From contig JAVRCV020000002.1 in NCBI GenBank assembly GCA_034530615.2, forward strand, positions 1 through 58,198: a stretch of 58,198 bases of DNA, written 5' to 3'. Positions within the stretch are counted from its first letter, which is position 1. The number at the start of each line of letters is the position of its first letter. The notes beneath the pieces were generated by a model that saw nothing but the letters and a program-made list of their open reading frames with translations, was not told the DNA's origin and made no database searches. The position numbers and the translations under genes are program-made. Source of the DNA: Aulosira sp. ZfuVER01. Its GTDB lineage: Bacteria; Cyanobacteriota; Cyanobacteriia; Cyanobacteriales; Nostocaceae. This document shows, piece by piece, positions 21,208-31,099 of this stretch.

Positions 21208-21261
21208 AACCACAGATAAACACAAATAAATATCGGTGTGCATCTGTGTTTATCTGTGGTT
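21208..21261. repeat. Inverted decamer repeats forming a hairpin between convergent genes
   Basis: AACCACAGATAAACACA ... TGTGTTTATCTGTGGTT. Confidence 0.6.
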
Positions 21262-21369
21262 CTGAACCGCAATGGATGGCAACGCTTTACCCAAGTTTAG
21301 CAAGATCAAATAGTTCGCAAAGGACGATATGTCAGCGCCAAAAGAGCGATGGGATATTTTTTATGAGCA

Positions 21370-21822
21370 TTATTTAGAAGTAGAACTGACTGTTCCACTA
21401 GCAGTAGAAGAAATCCGATTCACAACAAATATATTGCGATTGCGGTTTCCGGCTCTTTCGTAGGTAAACTTGTCAACACCTTGAATAGTTAGGTAAACAC
21501 CTAGTCCACCAATCTGGCGTTGCTCTAAGGGCAAATCCATATCATCAGGAAGGGCTTGCTTGGTGGGGTCATAGTGTGCCCCTGTATCTTCAAGAGTAAT
21601 TGTTAAAGACTCATCTGCAAGCGTAGCTTGACAAACTACTTCACCTTCGCGCCCCGCTTCCTCGTAACCATGTACAATGATGTTGGTTGCAATTTCGTCT
21701 ACTGCCAGCCGCAGTCTGTAAGAGGTTTTTTTGTCCAAGCCTGCTGCTGCTGCTGATGCCATGACGTATTGTGCAATTGCGCTCAAAGAGTCGAGCGTTC
21801 CAGCGACCGTTAAAGCTTCCAT
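21370..21822 (-). CDS. RsbW/SpoIIAB-like Ser kinase (HATPase_c_2)
   Basis: LAVDEIATNIIVHGY (N box), EDTG (G1), GGLGVYL (G2). Confidence 0.92.
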   Translation of the reverse strand: MEALTVAGTLDSLSAIAQYVMASAAAAGLDKKTSYRLRLAVDEIATNIIVHGYEEAGREGEVVCQATLADESLTITLEDTGAHYDPTKQALPDDMDLPLEQRQIGGLGVYLTIQGVDKFTYERAGNRNRNIFVVNRISSTASGTVSSTSK

Positions 21823-21885
21823 AAACTATCTCGTTGATGCCAGTAATAATTTTTACTCAATAAGTAGAAGAAATTAGTGAATTCC

Positions 21886-23370
21886 TCACTGATTATTCTC
21901 TAATCGCTGCACAGCCAGCATGGTAATATCGTCAAACTGAGGAGCGTTATCCATGTAGGCAAACAAGTTGGTCTTGATCCACTCTAGAAGTTGACTAGCT
22001 GAGGCTGGCGGCGGTTGGAAAAGAGAGAGCAGTCGCTCGCTGGTGTATAACTTATTATCTGGCGCACGGGCTTCTGTGACACCATCTGTATAGCCAATCA
22101 AGATATCGCCAGGCTCAAGTTGTACCTGCTGAACTTTAAATTTCATATTGGGCATCATTCCCACTGCTGGCCCTGTAGGTTTGAGAGTTGCTTTCACACC
22201 TTCTGAACCGATCACAAATAATGGTTCATGACCGCCATTCACGTAGTCTATAATACCAGTACTAGGGTCTAATACTCCAAAGAACAGGGTCGCAAACATA
22301 CTCATCTGAGCGTGCTGTTGAGCAATATAGTTATTGATCAGTCCCACAGCTTTGAGGGCGTGAATTTGTGCCTCGTGATTGTCCAGATCCAGATCGTTCA
22401 AGCCTGCCAGTACTTCATCATCGCCAACAATTGCTAAATTACACAAAAGACTCTGTCCAGAGAAGACGCGAATCAGACTGCGGAACAAAGCCATAAACAA
22501 TGCAGCGCCTACACCTTTGTCGCACACATCAGCAATGACTAACCCTACATAACCCCCAGGAAGCATAAAAGAGTCATAGAAATCGCCTGCAACTTGACGC
22601 GCCGGATAAAAGCAAGCTGCAATCTCCCAATTAGGAAGTGTTGGTAAATCTTCTGGGAGAAAATCTCTTTGAATCTGTCTACCTTTTTCTAATTCATAGT
22701 CAAGTGCTTTTGAATAAGCTTCGATCTCTTGTTTTGCTTGATCTAGAAAATGGTAAGATTCCTCTAACTTTGCATACAATTCAGCATTTTCCAGCACTAG
22801 CGCTATCTCATTAGCCGTTTTTTGCATTAAGTTGGCTATTTCGCCGCTAAAGCGATTAGGCTCACTATGTAGCAAGGTGAGAATGCCTAGCAAAACTTCT
22901 TCTTTGAGAATCGGGACAGCTAATGCAGAGCGCACAGTGTAAGGCTGATTAGGAAACTGTAACCAGCGGTCATCGTTAATCGTATCGTCAATCAATCCAA
23001 TTTGGCGGTGACGATTTACCCAACCAGCCAGACCTTTGTCTAAAACGCTACCAATTAACCGAGAGCGCGTATCTTGTGCTGTGGTTTTCTGGGTAAGAAT
23101 ACTATCAGTGACTACTCCCTGGCTATCAAGTAAAAATAAACTGCCTGTTTCTGCCCCTGTGAGTTTGCAACAGACGTGTAATGCTTCCTCTAAGGTAATT
23201 TTTAGCATTTCCTCCTGTTCTGGAGAACGTGCCATTGCTACTACCTTTGCCAGTAGTTCTCTTTGAGCCTCAAAAGCAGCTTGTGCAGCTCTAAGTGCTG
23301 CTACTTCTTGGCGTAACGACTCCAGTTCTTCGTAATACGGTTGTTCCCTTAAAGGTTTATGAGTATCCAT
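21886..23370 (-). CDS. GAF plus SpoIIE/RsbU-type PP2C phosphatase (IcfG-like position)
   Basis: GAF (SALAVPI), VAGDFYD, ADVCDKGVGAA, NGGH, YTDGVTEA, DDIT. Confidence 0.93.
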   Translation of the reverse strand: MDTHKPLREQPYYEELESLRQEVAALRAAQAAFEAQRELLAKVVAMARSPEQEEMLKITLEEALHVCCKLTGAETGSLFLLDSQGVVTDSILTQKTTAQDTRSRLIGSVLDKGLAGWVNRHRQIGLIDDTINDDRWLQFPNQPYTVRSALAVPILKEEVLLGILTLLHSEPNRFSGEIANLMQKTANEIALVLENAELYAKLEESYHFLDQAKQEIEAYSKALDYELEKGRQIQRDFLPEDLPTLPNWEIAACFYPARQVAGDFYDSFMLPGGYVGLVIADVCDKGVGAALFMALFRSLIRVFSGQSLLCNLAIVGDDEVLAGLNDLDLDNHEAQIHALKAVGLINNYIAQQHAQMSMFATLFFGVLDPSTGIIDYVNGGHEPLFVIGSEGVKATLKPTGPAVGMMPNMKFKVQQVQLEPGDILIGYTDGVTEARAPDNKLYTSERLLSLFQPPPASASQLLEWIKTNLFAYMDNAPQFDDITMLAVQRLENNQ

Positions 23371-23407
23371 ATATTTGTCGCCGCGGTAGATAATAGGAGT
23401 CGTTTTT

Positions 23408-23457
23408 TATAGCATTTGTCATTTGTAGTTTCTCAAAAATGATTCGGGACTGCTATA
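23408..23457. mobile_element. 50-bp MITE-like element with TATAGCA terminal inverted repeats
   Basis: TATAGCA...TGCTATA; TA ends as in IS630-derived elements. Confidence 0.45.
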
Positions 23458-23555
23458 TTTGCCTGAAATGAACACTTAAATATAAGAAAAGCTAAAGGCT
23501 AAACAATTTTAGCCTTCAGACTTCATACTTATTCCTAATCCTCGACTGCTAGGAA

Positions 23556-23879
23556 TTAGGCAACTTTGTACTCGTCCTGTATGATTACGCTTTGGCTGAA
23601 ACCTGTTTTTTCTAGAGTGTCTATTACTTGTTCTTGTCCACCAACAACATAAATATCGGCATCAGCACCCATCTTTTGTTTGGCGAAAATTAGTACTCGC
23701 AGCCCAGCACTGGCGATATATTCTAGGTCTTGGATGAACAATACCAGACGCTTAACTCCGGCTTTAGCTGCATTTTCCACTTCTACTCGGAAAATGGGCG
23801 CGGAACTTGCATCTAGTTCGCCAGTAAGAGTAATTTTAGCGGTATCGCCATCAATTTCAAGAGTTGCACTAAAAGCCAT
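23556..23879 (-). CDS. STAS anti-anti-sigma-type phosphoprotein (RsbV/SpoIIAA-like)
   Basis: GELDASSA, YIASAGLRVL phospho-Ser motif. Confidence 0.92.
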   Translation of the reverse strand: MAFSATLEIDGDTAKITLTGELDASSAPIFRVEVENAAKAGVKRLVLFIQDLEYIASAGLRVLIFAKQKMGADADIYVVGGQEQVIDTLEKTGFSQSVIIQDEYKVA

Positions 23880-23956
23880 ATTTTTATTCTCCTTTTTCGT
23901 TAGATTTTGGTTTTTGATTGGTCTTTCGCCATTAGTGACTGACGAAAAACAAAGAT

Positions 23957-26074
23957 TTATTTGCCTACGAGAATCACTACTGAGCGATCGCCTAGTAAAA
24001 TTCCCTGTTGAGTGCCCAGTACAGGTTCTGTTCCAGGTTCCCAGCTAGCTTCTGCTGGATTCGCGCCAGTATTTGCAAACACGTGCCACTTCATACCTGC
24101 TGGTGGTTGGGGAAGTTCAAACCAGTGAGCTTCCCAGTGCATATTCATGGCAACGTAAATATAGTTATCTTTGACTGTGCCACCTTTAGCGTGTTTGCCA
24201 CAAAGCATAAAGGCTAGGGTACGGCTATTGTCAGACCAGTCTGCATTCCAAGCTTTAGTACCGTGCCAGGTAATATCAGCATAGCCACTACCAACATAAT
24301 CTCTATTTTGGAAGTGCCAGTGATTTCTCAGTACAGGGTGTGCATTGCGGAAAGCAATACAGTGCTTAGCAAAGTTGAATAGATCGGAGTTTGACTTGAG
24401 TAAATTCCAATCCAACCAGCTGAGTTCGTTGTCGTGACAGTAGGTGTTGTTATTACCTTGCTGACTTCTGCCGACTTCATCGCCCATCAGCAGCATTGGT
24501 ATGCCTTGGCTCACTAGAAGCATGGCGATCGCATTTTTAATCTGCCGTTGGCGTAAGGCATTGATACCTGCATCCTCTGTCCAGCCTTCTGCACCACAGT
24601 TCCAACTATCGTTATCGTTGGTGCCGTCGTTGTTGTTTTCTCCGTTGGCTTCGTTATGCTTGCCGTTGTAGGAAACTAAGTCAGCTAGGGTAAAACCATC
24701 ATGGGCGGTGATGAAATTAATCGAGGTAGCAGGTGCCCTTCCTGCCCAAGCATAGAGATCTGGTGAGCCTTGCAGCCGTTGTGCCATATCTCCGACTCGC
24801 CCAGGTTCGCCTTTGAGGAACTTGCGAATACCATCGCGGTACTTACCATTCCACTCAGCCCAGCGACCAAAGGCGGGGAACGAGCCTACTTGGTACAAAC
24901 CGCCTGCATCCCAAGCTTCCGCAATCAATTTACATCTAGCGAGAATCGGGTCAAATGCTAAAGTTTCCAACAACGGTGGATTTGCTAGCGGTGCGCCCCA
25001 AGGGTCGCGACCGAGAATTGATGCCAAGTCAAAGCGGAAGCCGTCGATGTGATACTCTGCTGCCCAGTAGCGCAGACAGTCCAGCACAATATTCCGCACA
25101 ATTGGGTTATTACAATTGAGCGTGTTGCCACAACCACTGAAGTTAAAGTAGTAACCTTCAGGGGTAAGCATATAATATGTTTTATTGTCAATACCCCGAA
25201 AAGAAATCGTTGGCCCGTGTTCATTACCTTCCGCAGTATGGTTGAAGACCACATCTAAAATAACTTCAATGCCATTGGCATGGAGTTCTTTAACCAGTTG
25301 CTTCAACTCATCAACCTGCATCCCAAACTTGCCTGTGGCTGCATACCCCGCCTTGGGTGCAAAGAAACCAACAGTGCTATAGCCCCAGTAATTTAGTAAG
25401 GTTTCACCTGTCTGGGGATTGGGACGAGAATTTTCAAACTCGTCAAACTCATATACAGGCATGAGTTCGATGCAGTTTACACCCAACTCTTTGAGGTAAG
25501 GAATTTTCTCGCGAATCGCCGCAAAAGTTCCGGGATGCTTCACCCCTGAAGATGAATGGCGGGTAAAGCTGCGGACGTGCATTTCGTAAATAATCAAGTC
25601 TTCTGGCGGCAGTTCCAGCGGACGCTCTGATTCCCAGTCAAAGTCGTCAAAGGCGATCCGGGCGCGATGGTGGTAGATATCACTCCAATCTGGCGTGACT
25701 CCCCAAACATCCCGTCCGCCAATAATTTTGGCGTAGGGGTCTAAGAGAATTTTGCTCTTGTCAAACCAGTGGCCAGCCTTGGGGTCGAATGGGCCATCCA
25801 TGCGATAGCCATATTCGATTTCTTCGTAATCCAGGTCAAAAACCACCATGCAAAAAACATTCCCAATCCGAAACTCTTCAGGAAAAGGAATTTCTGCAAA
25901 CGGTTCGGGCTGATGTTTCTTAAACAGCACTAAAGAACAGGATTTAGCGTGACTAGAAAAGATGGAAAAGTTCACCCCTCTGGGAACCAGCGTGGCTCCA
26001 AAGGGGAAAGGTTTACCCCGACGCAGCTTAAAGTCGCCGTAGGTATGGGTGGGATTAACGTCGATGCGCTCCAT
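23957..26074 (-). CDS. glgX: Glycogen debranching enzyme/isoamylase (GH13)
   Basis: NYWGY, DVVFNHTAEG, DGFRFDLAS, AEAWD, TAHDGFTL, NNNTYCHD. Confidence 0.97.
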   Translation of the reverse strand: MERIDVNPTHTYGDFKLRRGKPFPFGATLVPRGVNFSIFSSHAKSCSLVLFKKHQPEPFAEIPFPEEFRIGNVFCMVVFDLDYEEIEYGYRMDGPFDPKAGHWFDKSKILLDPYAKIIGGRDVWGVTPDWSDIYHHRARIAFDDFDWESERPLELPPEDLIIYEMHVRSFTRHSSSGVKHPGTFAAIREKIPYLKELGVNCIELMPVYEFDEFENSRPNPQTGETLLNYWGYSTVGFFAPKAGYAATGKFGMQVDELKQLVKELHANGIEVILDVVFNHTAEGNEHGPTISFRGIDNKTYYMLTPEGYYFNFSGCGNTLNCNNPIVRNIVLDCLRYWAAEYHIDGFRFDLASILGRDPWGAPLANPPLLETLAFDPILARCKLIAEAWDAGGLYQVGSFPAFGRWAEWNGKYRDGIRKFLKGEPGRVGDMAQRLQGSPDLYAWAGRAPATSINFITAHDGFTLADLVSYNGKHNEANGENNNDGTNDNDSWNCGAEGWTEDAGINALRQRQIKNAIAMLLVSQGIPMLLMGDEVGRSQQGNNNTYCHDNELSWLDWNLLKSNSDLFNFAKHCIAFRNAHPVLRNHWHFQNRDYVGSGYADITWHGTKAWNADWSDNSRTLAFMLCGKHAKGGTVKDNYIYVAMNMHWEAHWFELPQPPAGMKWHVFANTGANPAEASWEPGTEPVLGTQQGILLGDRSVVILVGK

Positions 26075-26117
26075 TGTTCTTTGGTAGTGAGTGTTAAGAC
26101 AACAAGAGTGGGGAGAA

Positions 26118-26276
26118 AGAGCGATCGCATCTAAATTATCAATAAAACCTCTTGCATAATTCCTAATAATCGGCGTTTATCGGCGTTTATCAGTATTTAT
26201 CGGCGGTTAAATCTCCGCTTTTGGAACTTTTACAAAAAGTCTATTGCTCATTTCCAAATTAAGATGCGTTTGCCCT
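26118..26276. mobile_element. Nested MITE-like elements with internal decamer repeats
   Basis: Outer imperfect TIR AGAGCGATCGCATCTAAATT / AATTAAGATGCGTTTGCCCT; inner AATAAAACCTCTTGCA / TACAAAAAGTCTATT; core ATCGGCGTTT-type repeats. Confidence 0.5.
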
Positions 26277-26318
26277 CAAAGAGGGAATTAAGTTTTCACT
26301 TAACTCCCTCTCTCTTGA

Positions 26319-26726
26319 TTAAGCAGGTAGAGCGTGAACCTTAAGCTGGAGAGCTTCTAAGCCCGATTCTACGGTGTCGCTCAGGCTGAAGAAGTTGAGA
26401 AACCCAGTAATCGACATCGTATCTTGAATTTCTGGGGCAACTCCTACCAACACCAGATTTCCATCTTGACCAGCAAACTGCCGATGTAGCAATAGCAATG
26501 TGCGTAAGCCAGCACTGGACATATAAGGCACATTGGTTAAATCCAGCAGCAATTTACTGTTTGGTTTAACCAATGGTAAAACTTGCGCTTGCACCTCAGG
26601 GGCAGTTTTGCCATCGACATCGCCATCTAGTTCCACTACAGTCACTTCTTCGTGTACTGCTGGAGGTGCATCGCCGTTTGCAGTGCTAAGTGCAGTTACT
26701 TGCAGTGTCTTGATAATAATCTCCAT
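26319..26726 (-). CDS. Second STAS phosphoprotein, with an N-terminal insertion of about 17 aa
   Basis: GDVDGKTA, YMSSAGLRTL; insertion TALSTANGDAPPAVHEE. Confidence 0.92.
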   Translation of the reverse strand: MEIIIKTLQVTALSTANGDAPPAVHEEVTVVELDGDVDGKTAPEVQAQVLPLVKPNSKLLLDLTNVPYMSSAGLRTLLLLHRQFAGQDGNLVLVGVAPEIQDTMSITGFLNFFSLSDTVESGLEALQLKVHALPA

Positions 26727-26746
26727 AATTAATTACTTCCCGCAGA

Positions 26747-28573
26747 CTACGCAGTAGGGACAATTTGAACTTTGACTTTGACTTGCGCCTTGGTTTCTGG
26801 TAGTTTCACCGTCAAGCCGTTGGCGTCAAAATCGGTGTATGGTTGGTCATCGATCCAACAAGCACCAATCTTGATGCTACCAGGAGGCAAGATATCAGGC
26901 TGTACCCGCAGGATGTTGTCCTTAAATGCACCTGGTTGAGGCTTGAAGTAGAGGTCTAGTGGTTGCTTGGTAATTAGCAGATTAGTATAGACTACTGCCA
27001 AATAGCACAGTTCTGTTGAGTGGTAGGCACTCATGGAGTGAGAGCCTTTGAAGCGTTCGTTACCCAACAGGTAGGGTAAGCCGTTGGCTAGAACGTTGAA
27101 GTAAACTGCACCGTCATCATGATCCAAGAAGAAGGCATTGTAGAAAGCTGCGGCTTCATGAGCTTGACGTTTGTATTCTGGCTTATCTAAGATACCGTGC
27201 AGGATTAGGTAAGCAAGAATAGCTTGTTCTTGTTGCCACCAAGCTTTGCGATCGTGCCAAACAAAGCGATGCTGTTCTTCACCTTCACCGAGAACACGTT
27301 CAACTACATCGTACCAGCCGCCTCTTTGTTGGTCGCTTCCAACTTTAGGCATGAGGTAGCCAATTTTCTCAGCTAGTTGTACGTACTCATCTTTGGGCTT
27401 GAGGGAATTCATCCGCATCAAGTTCCAAGCAATTTTCAGGTTATGTCCGACAACGGCGCGGTTTTGTTGCCAACCCCATGTTTGGTCTTTGCTCCAGTCT
27501 TCAAAAAACTTCTCTTGCACAAAGGGGCTGTCGTCGTAGTCTGGGAAATATTTGGCGATCGTGTCAAAGGTATATTCTAGGAAGTCGGCGTATTTCTTCT
27601 CGCCTGTTGCTAGCCATAAATTGATCAGGTAGGCGGGCGCATGGTCGCCTACAGAGTTCCAGTTTTTGCGAGCGCAGTTCCGACCTAGAGATTCGGCACG
27701 AGGGTCGAGGGTAATCGGGTCAATATGGGAGAAATAGCCGCCGCCTTCTTTATCTAGGAAGAATTTATCGAAGAGATCGACAGTCATTTCCGCATCTTTG
27801 AGAATGCGGGGATCGCCTGTAATTCTATAGGTTTGAATGGGGCCAGCTAAGGCGTAAATCTGTTCGTAGGCGGGGATAGCGTCGTAGTCGTCACTAAACT
27901 CCGAGGTGAGCAGCTTTTGTTCGCGGCGTCCGGTAACTTTAATGCCGTGATACCAATAGATGAGGTTTTCATCGGGATCGTAGAAGCGCATGTGTTCGCG
28001 CAGATACTCTGTCCCTCTTTCGGCTGCTTCGAGGAAGCGGTCTTCGCCTGTTAACAGAAAAGCTGAAGCGAAACCATAAACCAGACGCGAAATCGTATCA
28101 GTTTCTTGCAAAAAGTCGTCGCGCTTTTTGCCACCGGCTAAGTGTAGATAAGTGCGGTATTCGTGGTAATCAATTTCGCGATCGGGATAGTGGAACTGCC
28201 ATCTCAGGTAACTGTCAGCAATCGAACGTATCTGCTTAACCCACCAATCTGGTTCTTCGTGGCGATAGACACCTGGTTTATCGCTAGGAAAAACTAAGGA
28301 TTTGGCTTCAAATTTGTAGTCATCTCCCTGAGGATAAAAGATACCGTAAACGAATACGTGCTGACCAGGTACTAGGAGTTTTTCAATTTCACCAGTGCAA
28401 TCTCTATAAGACTCTTCCAGGTTTTGCGCGATTCTGGCATAAACAGTCGGGGTGAGATATGCTCTATATTCCCGTTCATCTGAGGTTTTAATGCCAAAAG
28501 ACTTATCGCTAGAGTTAAAGTCAGTGACGTAACCAGTGATTGTGTCTGAGAAAGAGAAGCTGATTTTGTTCAT
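26747..28573 (-). CDS. AGE/cellobiose 2-epimerase superfamily protein with N- and C-terminal extensions
   Basis: SRLVYGFASA, VGHNLKIAW, WWQQEQA, KGSHSMSAYHSTEL motifs of the (alpha/alpha)6 epimerase fold. Confidence 0.85.
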   Translation of the reverse strand: MNKISFSFSDTITGYVTDFNSSDKSFGIKTSDEREYRAYLTPTVYARIAQNLEESYRDCTGEIEKLLVPGQHVFVYGIFYPQGDDYKFEAKSLVFPSDKPGVYRHEEPDWWVKQIRSIADSYLRWQFHYPDREIDYHEYRTYLHLAGGKKRDDFLQETDTISRLVYGFASAFLLTGEDRFLEAAERGTEYLREHMRFYDPDENLIYWYHGIKVTGRREQKLLTSEFSDDYDAIPAYEQIYALAGPIQTYRITGDPRILKDAEMTVDLFDKFFLDKEGGGYFSHIDPITLDPRAESLGRNCARKNWNSVGDHAPAYLINLWLATGEKKYADFLEYTFDTIAKYFPDYDDSPFVQEKFFEDWSKDQTWGWQQNRAVVGHNLKIAWNLMRMNSLKPKDEYVQLAEKIGYLMPKVGSDQQRGGWYDVVERVLGEGEEQHRFVWHDRKAWWQQEQAILAYLILHGILDKPEYKRQAHEAAAFYNAFFLDHDDGAVYFNVLANGLPYLLGNERFKGSHSMSAYHSTELCYLAVVYTNLLITKQPLDLYFKPQPGAFKDNILRVQPDILPPGSIKIGACWIDDQPYTDFDANGLTVKLPETKAQVKVKVQIVPTA

Positions 28574-29111
28574 CTTTACTGTTACAGAAGTAAAAGGGTA
28601 GATATTGTTGCTAAATCTAAAACTCGACTGAATGTAGCCCTTTAGTTAAATTTCGCAGGTTTGTTACTGATAGAAACGTCGGAGTAATTGTTTGTAATAG
28701 TGCTTGAAGTAATGAAGATCTAGCACTGCTATCCTCTGTATTTTGAGGACAATTTTAATTAACCAACGTCACTTTCTGAATGATGAGCGAAGATATCACT
28801 TTTCGCACTCTAGCTGTCTGTTTATTCGGCAATATCAAGGTGAATTCTTGGAATTGCACTGGCTGAAGACAAAAGACATTCTACCTGGTTTTTGTTTGGT
28901 TGTGTAGCAAAAACAGAAGATAGTCTGGTAAAAGTGCTGAAGGCGAAATAACTTAATATCTCTACATAAATATATACGCCTGAATTCGGAGAAATTATGC
29001 AAATTAACTTTGAAACTCAGCAAAATTAATTGGTGTTGGGAAATTTATATCGTTTGTACTTCTGTAAACTCGTAAAATAGTTTTTCATGAGTAGTTGATG
29101 TTACCGTTCTG

Positions 29112-30299
29112 ATGAACAAAAAATTATGGCAGCCGCCAAGATTACGGATTGGCGAAGATCGGGGAGAAGAAAGACGTGCTACCTGGCTGGAGTTGTTTTA
29201 CGATCTGATATTTGTGGTAGCGATCGCAGAATTAGCTCACAATCTCAGCAAAGATGTTTCTGTGATAGGGGTTTTGAGTTTTATTGCCCTATTTACACCA
29301 ATTTGGTCTTGTTGGTTAGGAGCAACTTTCTACGCCACGCTGTTTGATACGGATGATTTAAGCGATCGCTTATTAACCCTCCTGCAAATGACCTTGATTG
29401 CGGCTCTCGCAGTCAATGTGCATCACGGACTCAGTACCTCTGCTGTGAGTTTTGCTATTTCTTACATAGGCGCTCGCAGTATTCTCATTCTTCAATTTCT
29501 CATTGCCAGATATCATGTTCCAATAGCTCGCCCCCTACTCAATCGCTATATATTGGGCTTTAGTCTTGGTGCTAGTTTTTGGTTAATCTCGCTGTTTGTC
29601 CCAGCACCTTGGCGTTTTGTACTCTGGGCAATTGGGATGATTGTAGAATTTGTTGCGCCCTTAGGTACAGGTCGTTTTGCTACTCAAATCACACCAGATA
29701 TTTCTCATATGCCAGAACGACTGGGACTTTTTACCATGATCGTTTTGGGAGAGTCTGTTGCTGCTGTGGTGAGAGGTGTAGCTCAAAAAGAATGGATTAT
29801 TTCATCTACAATAGTTGCTCTTTTAGGCATGATCGTGGCTTTTAGCTTGTGGTGGCTTTACTTCGATAGCATCGATGGCTCACCACTAGAGACCATGAAA
29901 GAGGGTAGAATTAATATCTTTCTTACTTGGCTTTATTCTCACCTGCTCTTAGCTATGGGTTTGGCAGCAACAGGGGTAGGAGTTGAGCATCTAATTTTCA
30001 AAAGTGCAGTTAATGTTTTACCAGACAATGAACGCTTACTTTTGTGCGGTGCTGTGACACTGTGTTTAGCGATTTTAGCGGTAATTAATTTAACAACCTG
30101 TATTTTGGAAAAACAACGACAAGGCAAAATTTTGAGTGCTTATCGTTTAGGAGCAGGAGCTTTTGTGTTCTTCCTGGGGATTGCTGGTAAGAGTTTAGCT
30201 CCTGTAGCTTTAATTGCATTGGTTGCAGCTGCTTGTGCGATCGCAGTTGTTCTAGATTTGTTCGGTAAAAGCCGATATCAAATCATGTCTGAGGAGTAG
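29112..30299 (+). CDS. Low temperature requirement protein A (LtrA) family membrane protein
   Basis: ATWLELFYDLIFV, HMPERLGLFTMIVLGESV, WWLYFD. Confidence 0.92.
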   Translation: MNKKLWQPPRLRIGEDRGEERRATWLELFYDLIFVVAIAELAHNLSKDVSVIGVLSFIALFTPIWSCWLGATFYATLFDTDDLSDRLLTLLQMTLIAALAVNVHHGLSTSAVSFAISYIGARSILILQFLIARYHVPIARPLLNRYILGFSLGASFWLISLFVPAPWRFVLWAIGMIVEFVAPLGTGRFATQITPDISHMPERLGLFTMIVLGESVAAVVRGVAQKEWIISSTIVALLGMIVAFSLWWLYFDSIDGSPLETMKEGRINIFLTWLYSHLLLAMGLAATGVGVEHLIFKSAVNVLPDNERLLLCGAVTLCLAILAVINLTTCILEKQRQGKILSAYRLGAGAFVFFLGIAGKSLAPVALIALVAAACAIAVVLDLFGKSRYQIMSEE

Positions 30300-30309
30300 C
30301 TTTGCATAG

Positions 30310-30329
30310 GGTTGTGTGTTTACACAACC
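30310..30329. terminator. Hairpin between convergent ltrA-like and DJ-1 genes
   Basis: GGTTGTGT-gttt-ACACAACC. Confidence 0.45.
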
Positions 30330-30344
30330 GCTTTGCTTTCATCC

Positions 30345-30980
30345 TCAAACAGGCTGAACAACTTCCCGATCGCGAGAGCTAGTTTTCTCAATTTCTTTGA
30401 CAAACTCTGCCATGAATTCGTCTACCACGCCCGGATGCTTGCCTGTAATTAAATTACCATCTATCACTAAATCAGCAGTTACATCGTTATCATAAACAAC
30501 GTCTGCGCCAGCATTTTCGACATCACAAATAATATTATGGGCACAGGTTACTTTCCGATCTTTCAGTAAATCTGGATCGGCACAGAAAAGCCACAAACTG
30601 TGGCAAATAGTCCCTAGTTTCACATTATCTGTTGCCATTGCTTTTCTCAAGAAAGCAACTGCTGGAGCTTGATTTTTTTGACCTTTTTTCACATTTACCT
30701 GATATCTCAGGCGATCCATTGCATAAGCTCCGATGCAAATGATGCCTTTATAATCAGCCGGGTCAATATCATTAACTTCGGTAGTAACTGTGACATGAAA
30801 TTCTATTTGGTCATTTTCGGGGTTAGAGCCGAAGTGTAGTTCTTTATTACCCCACAAATGAGAAATATATTCTACTTCATAACCATGTTCGGGGAAGTAC
30901 TCATTGAAGCGCCGATATTCTGTAGCATCAAAATGTTCTTCAATAAGTACACCTATTTTGCCTTTAATTGCTTTTGTCAT
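30345..30980 (-). CDS. DJ-1/PfpI family protein (glyoxalase III/deglycase-like)
   Basis: EEHFDATE, nucleophile ICHS, DGNLITG. Confidence 0.9.
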   Translation of the reverse strand: MTKAIKGKIGVLIEEHFDATEYRRFNEYFPEHGYEVEYISHLWGNKELHFGSNPENDQIEFHVTVTTEVNDIDPADYKGIICIGAYAMDRLRYQVNVKKGQKNQAPAVAFLRKAMATDNVKLGTICHSLWLFCADPDLLKDRKVTCAHNIICDVENAGADVVYDNDVTADLVIDGNLITGKHPGVVDEFMAEFVKEIEKTSSRDREVVQPV

Positions 30981-31099
30981 GAGGTGTTACCGATTATTTG
31001 TTGTTTTAATTTCTCATTGAAAGCAGAGGGAGTTTATTAGATTCTACATTAAACTCACCTCTGCTGAATTAGTCACAATTGGCTAATTCCAAGACCATT

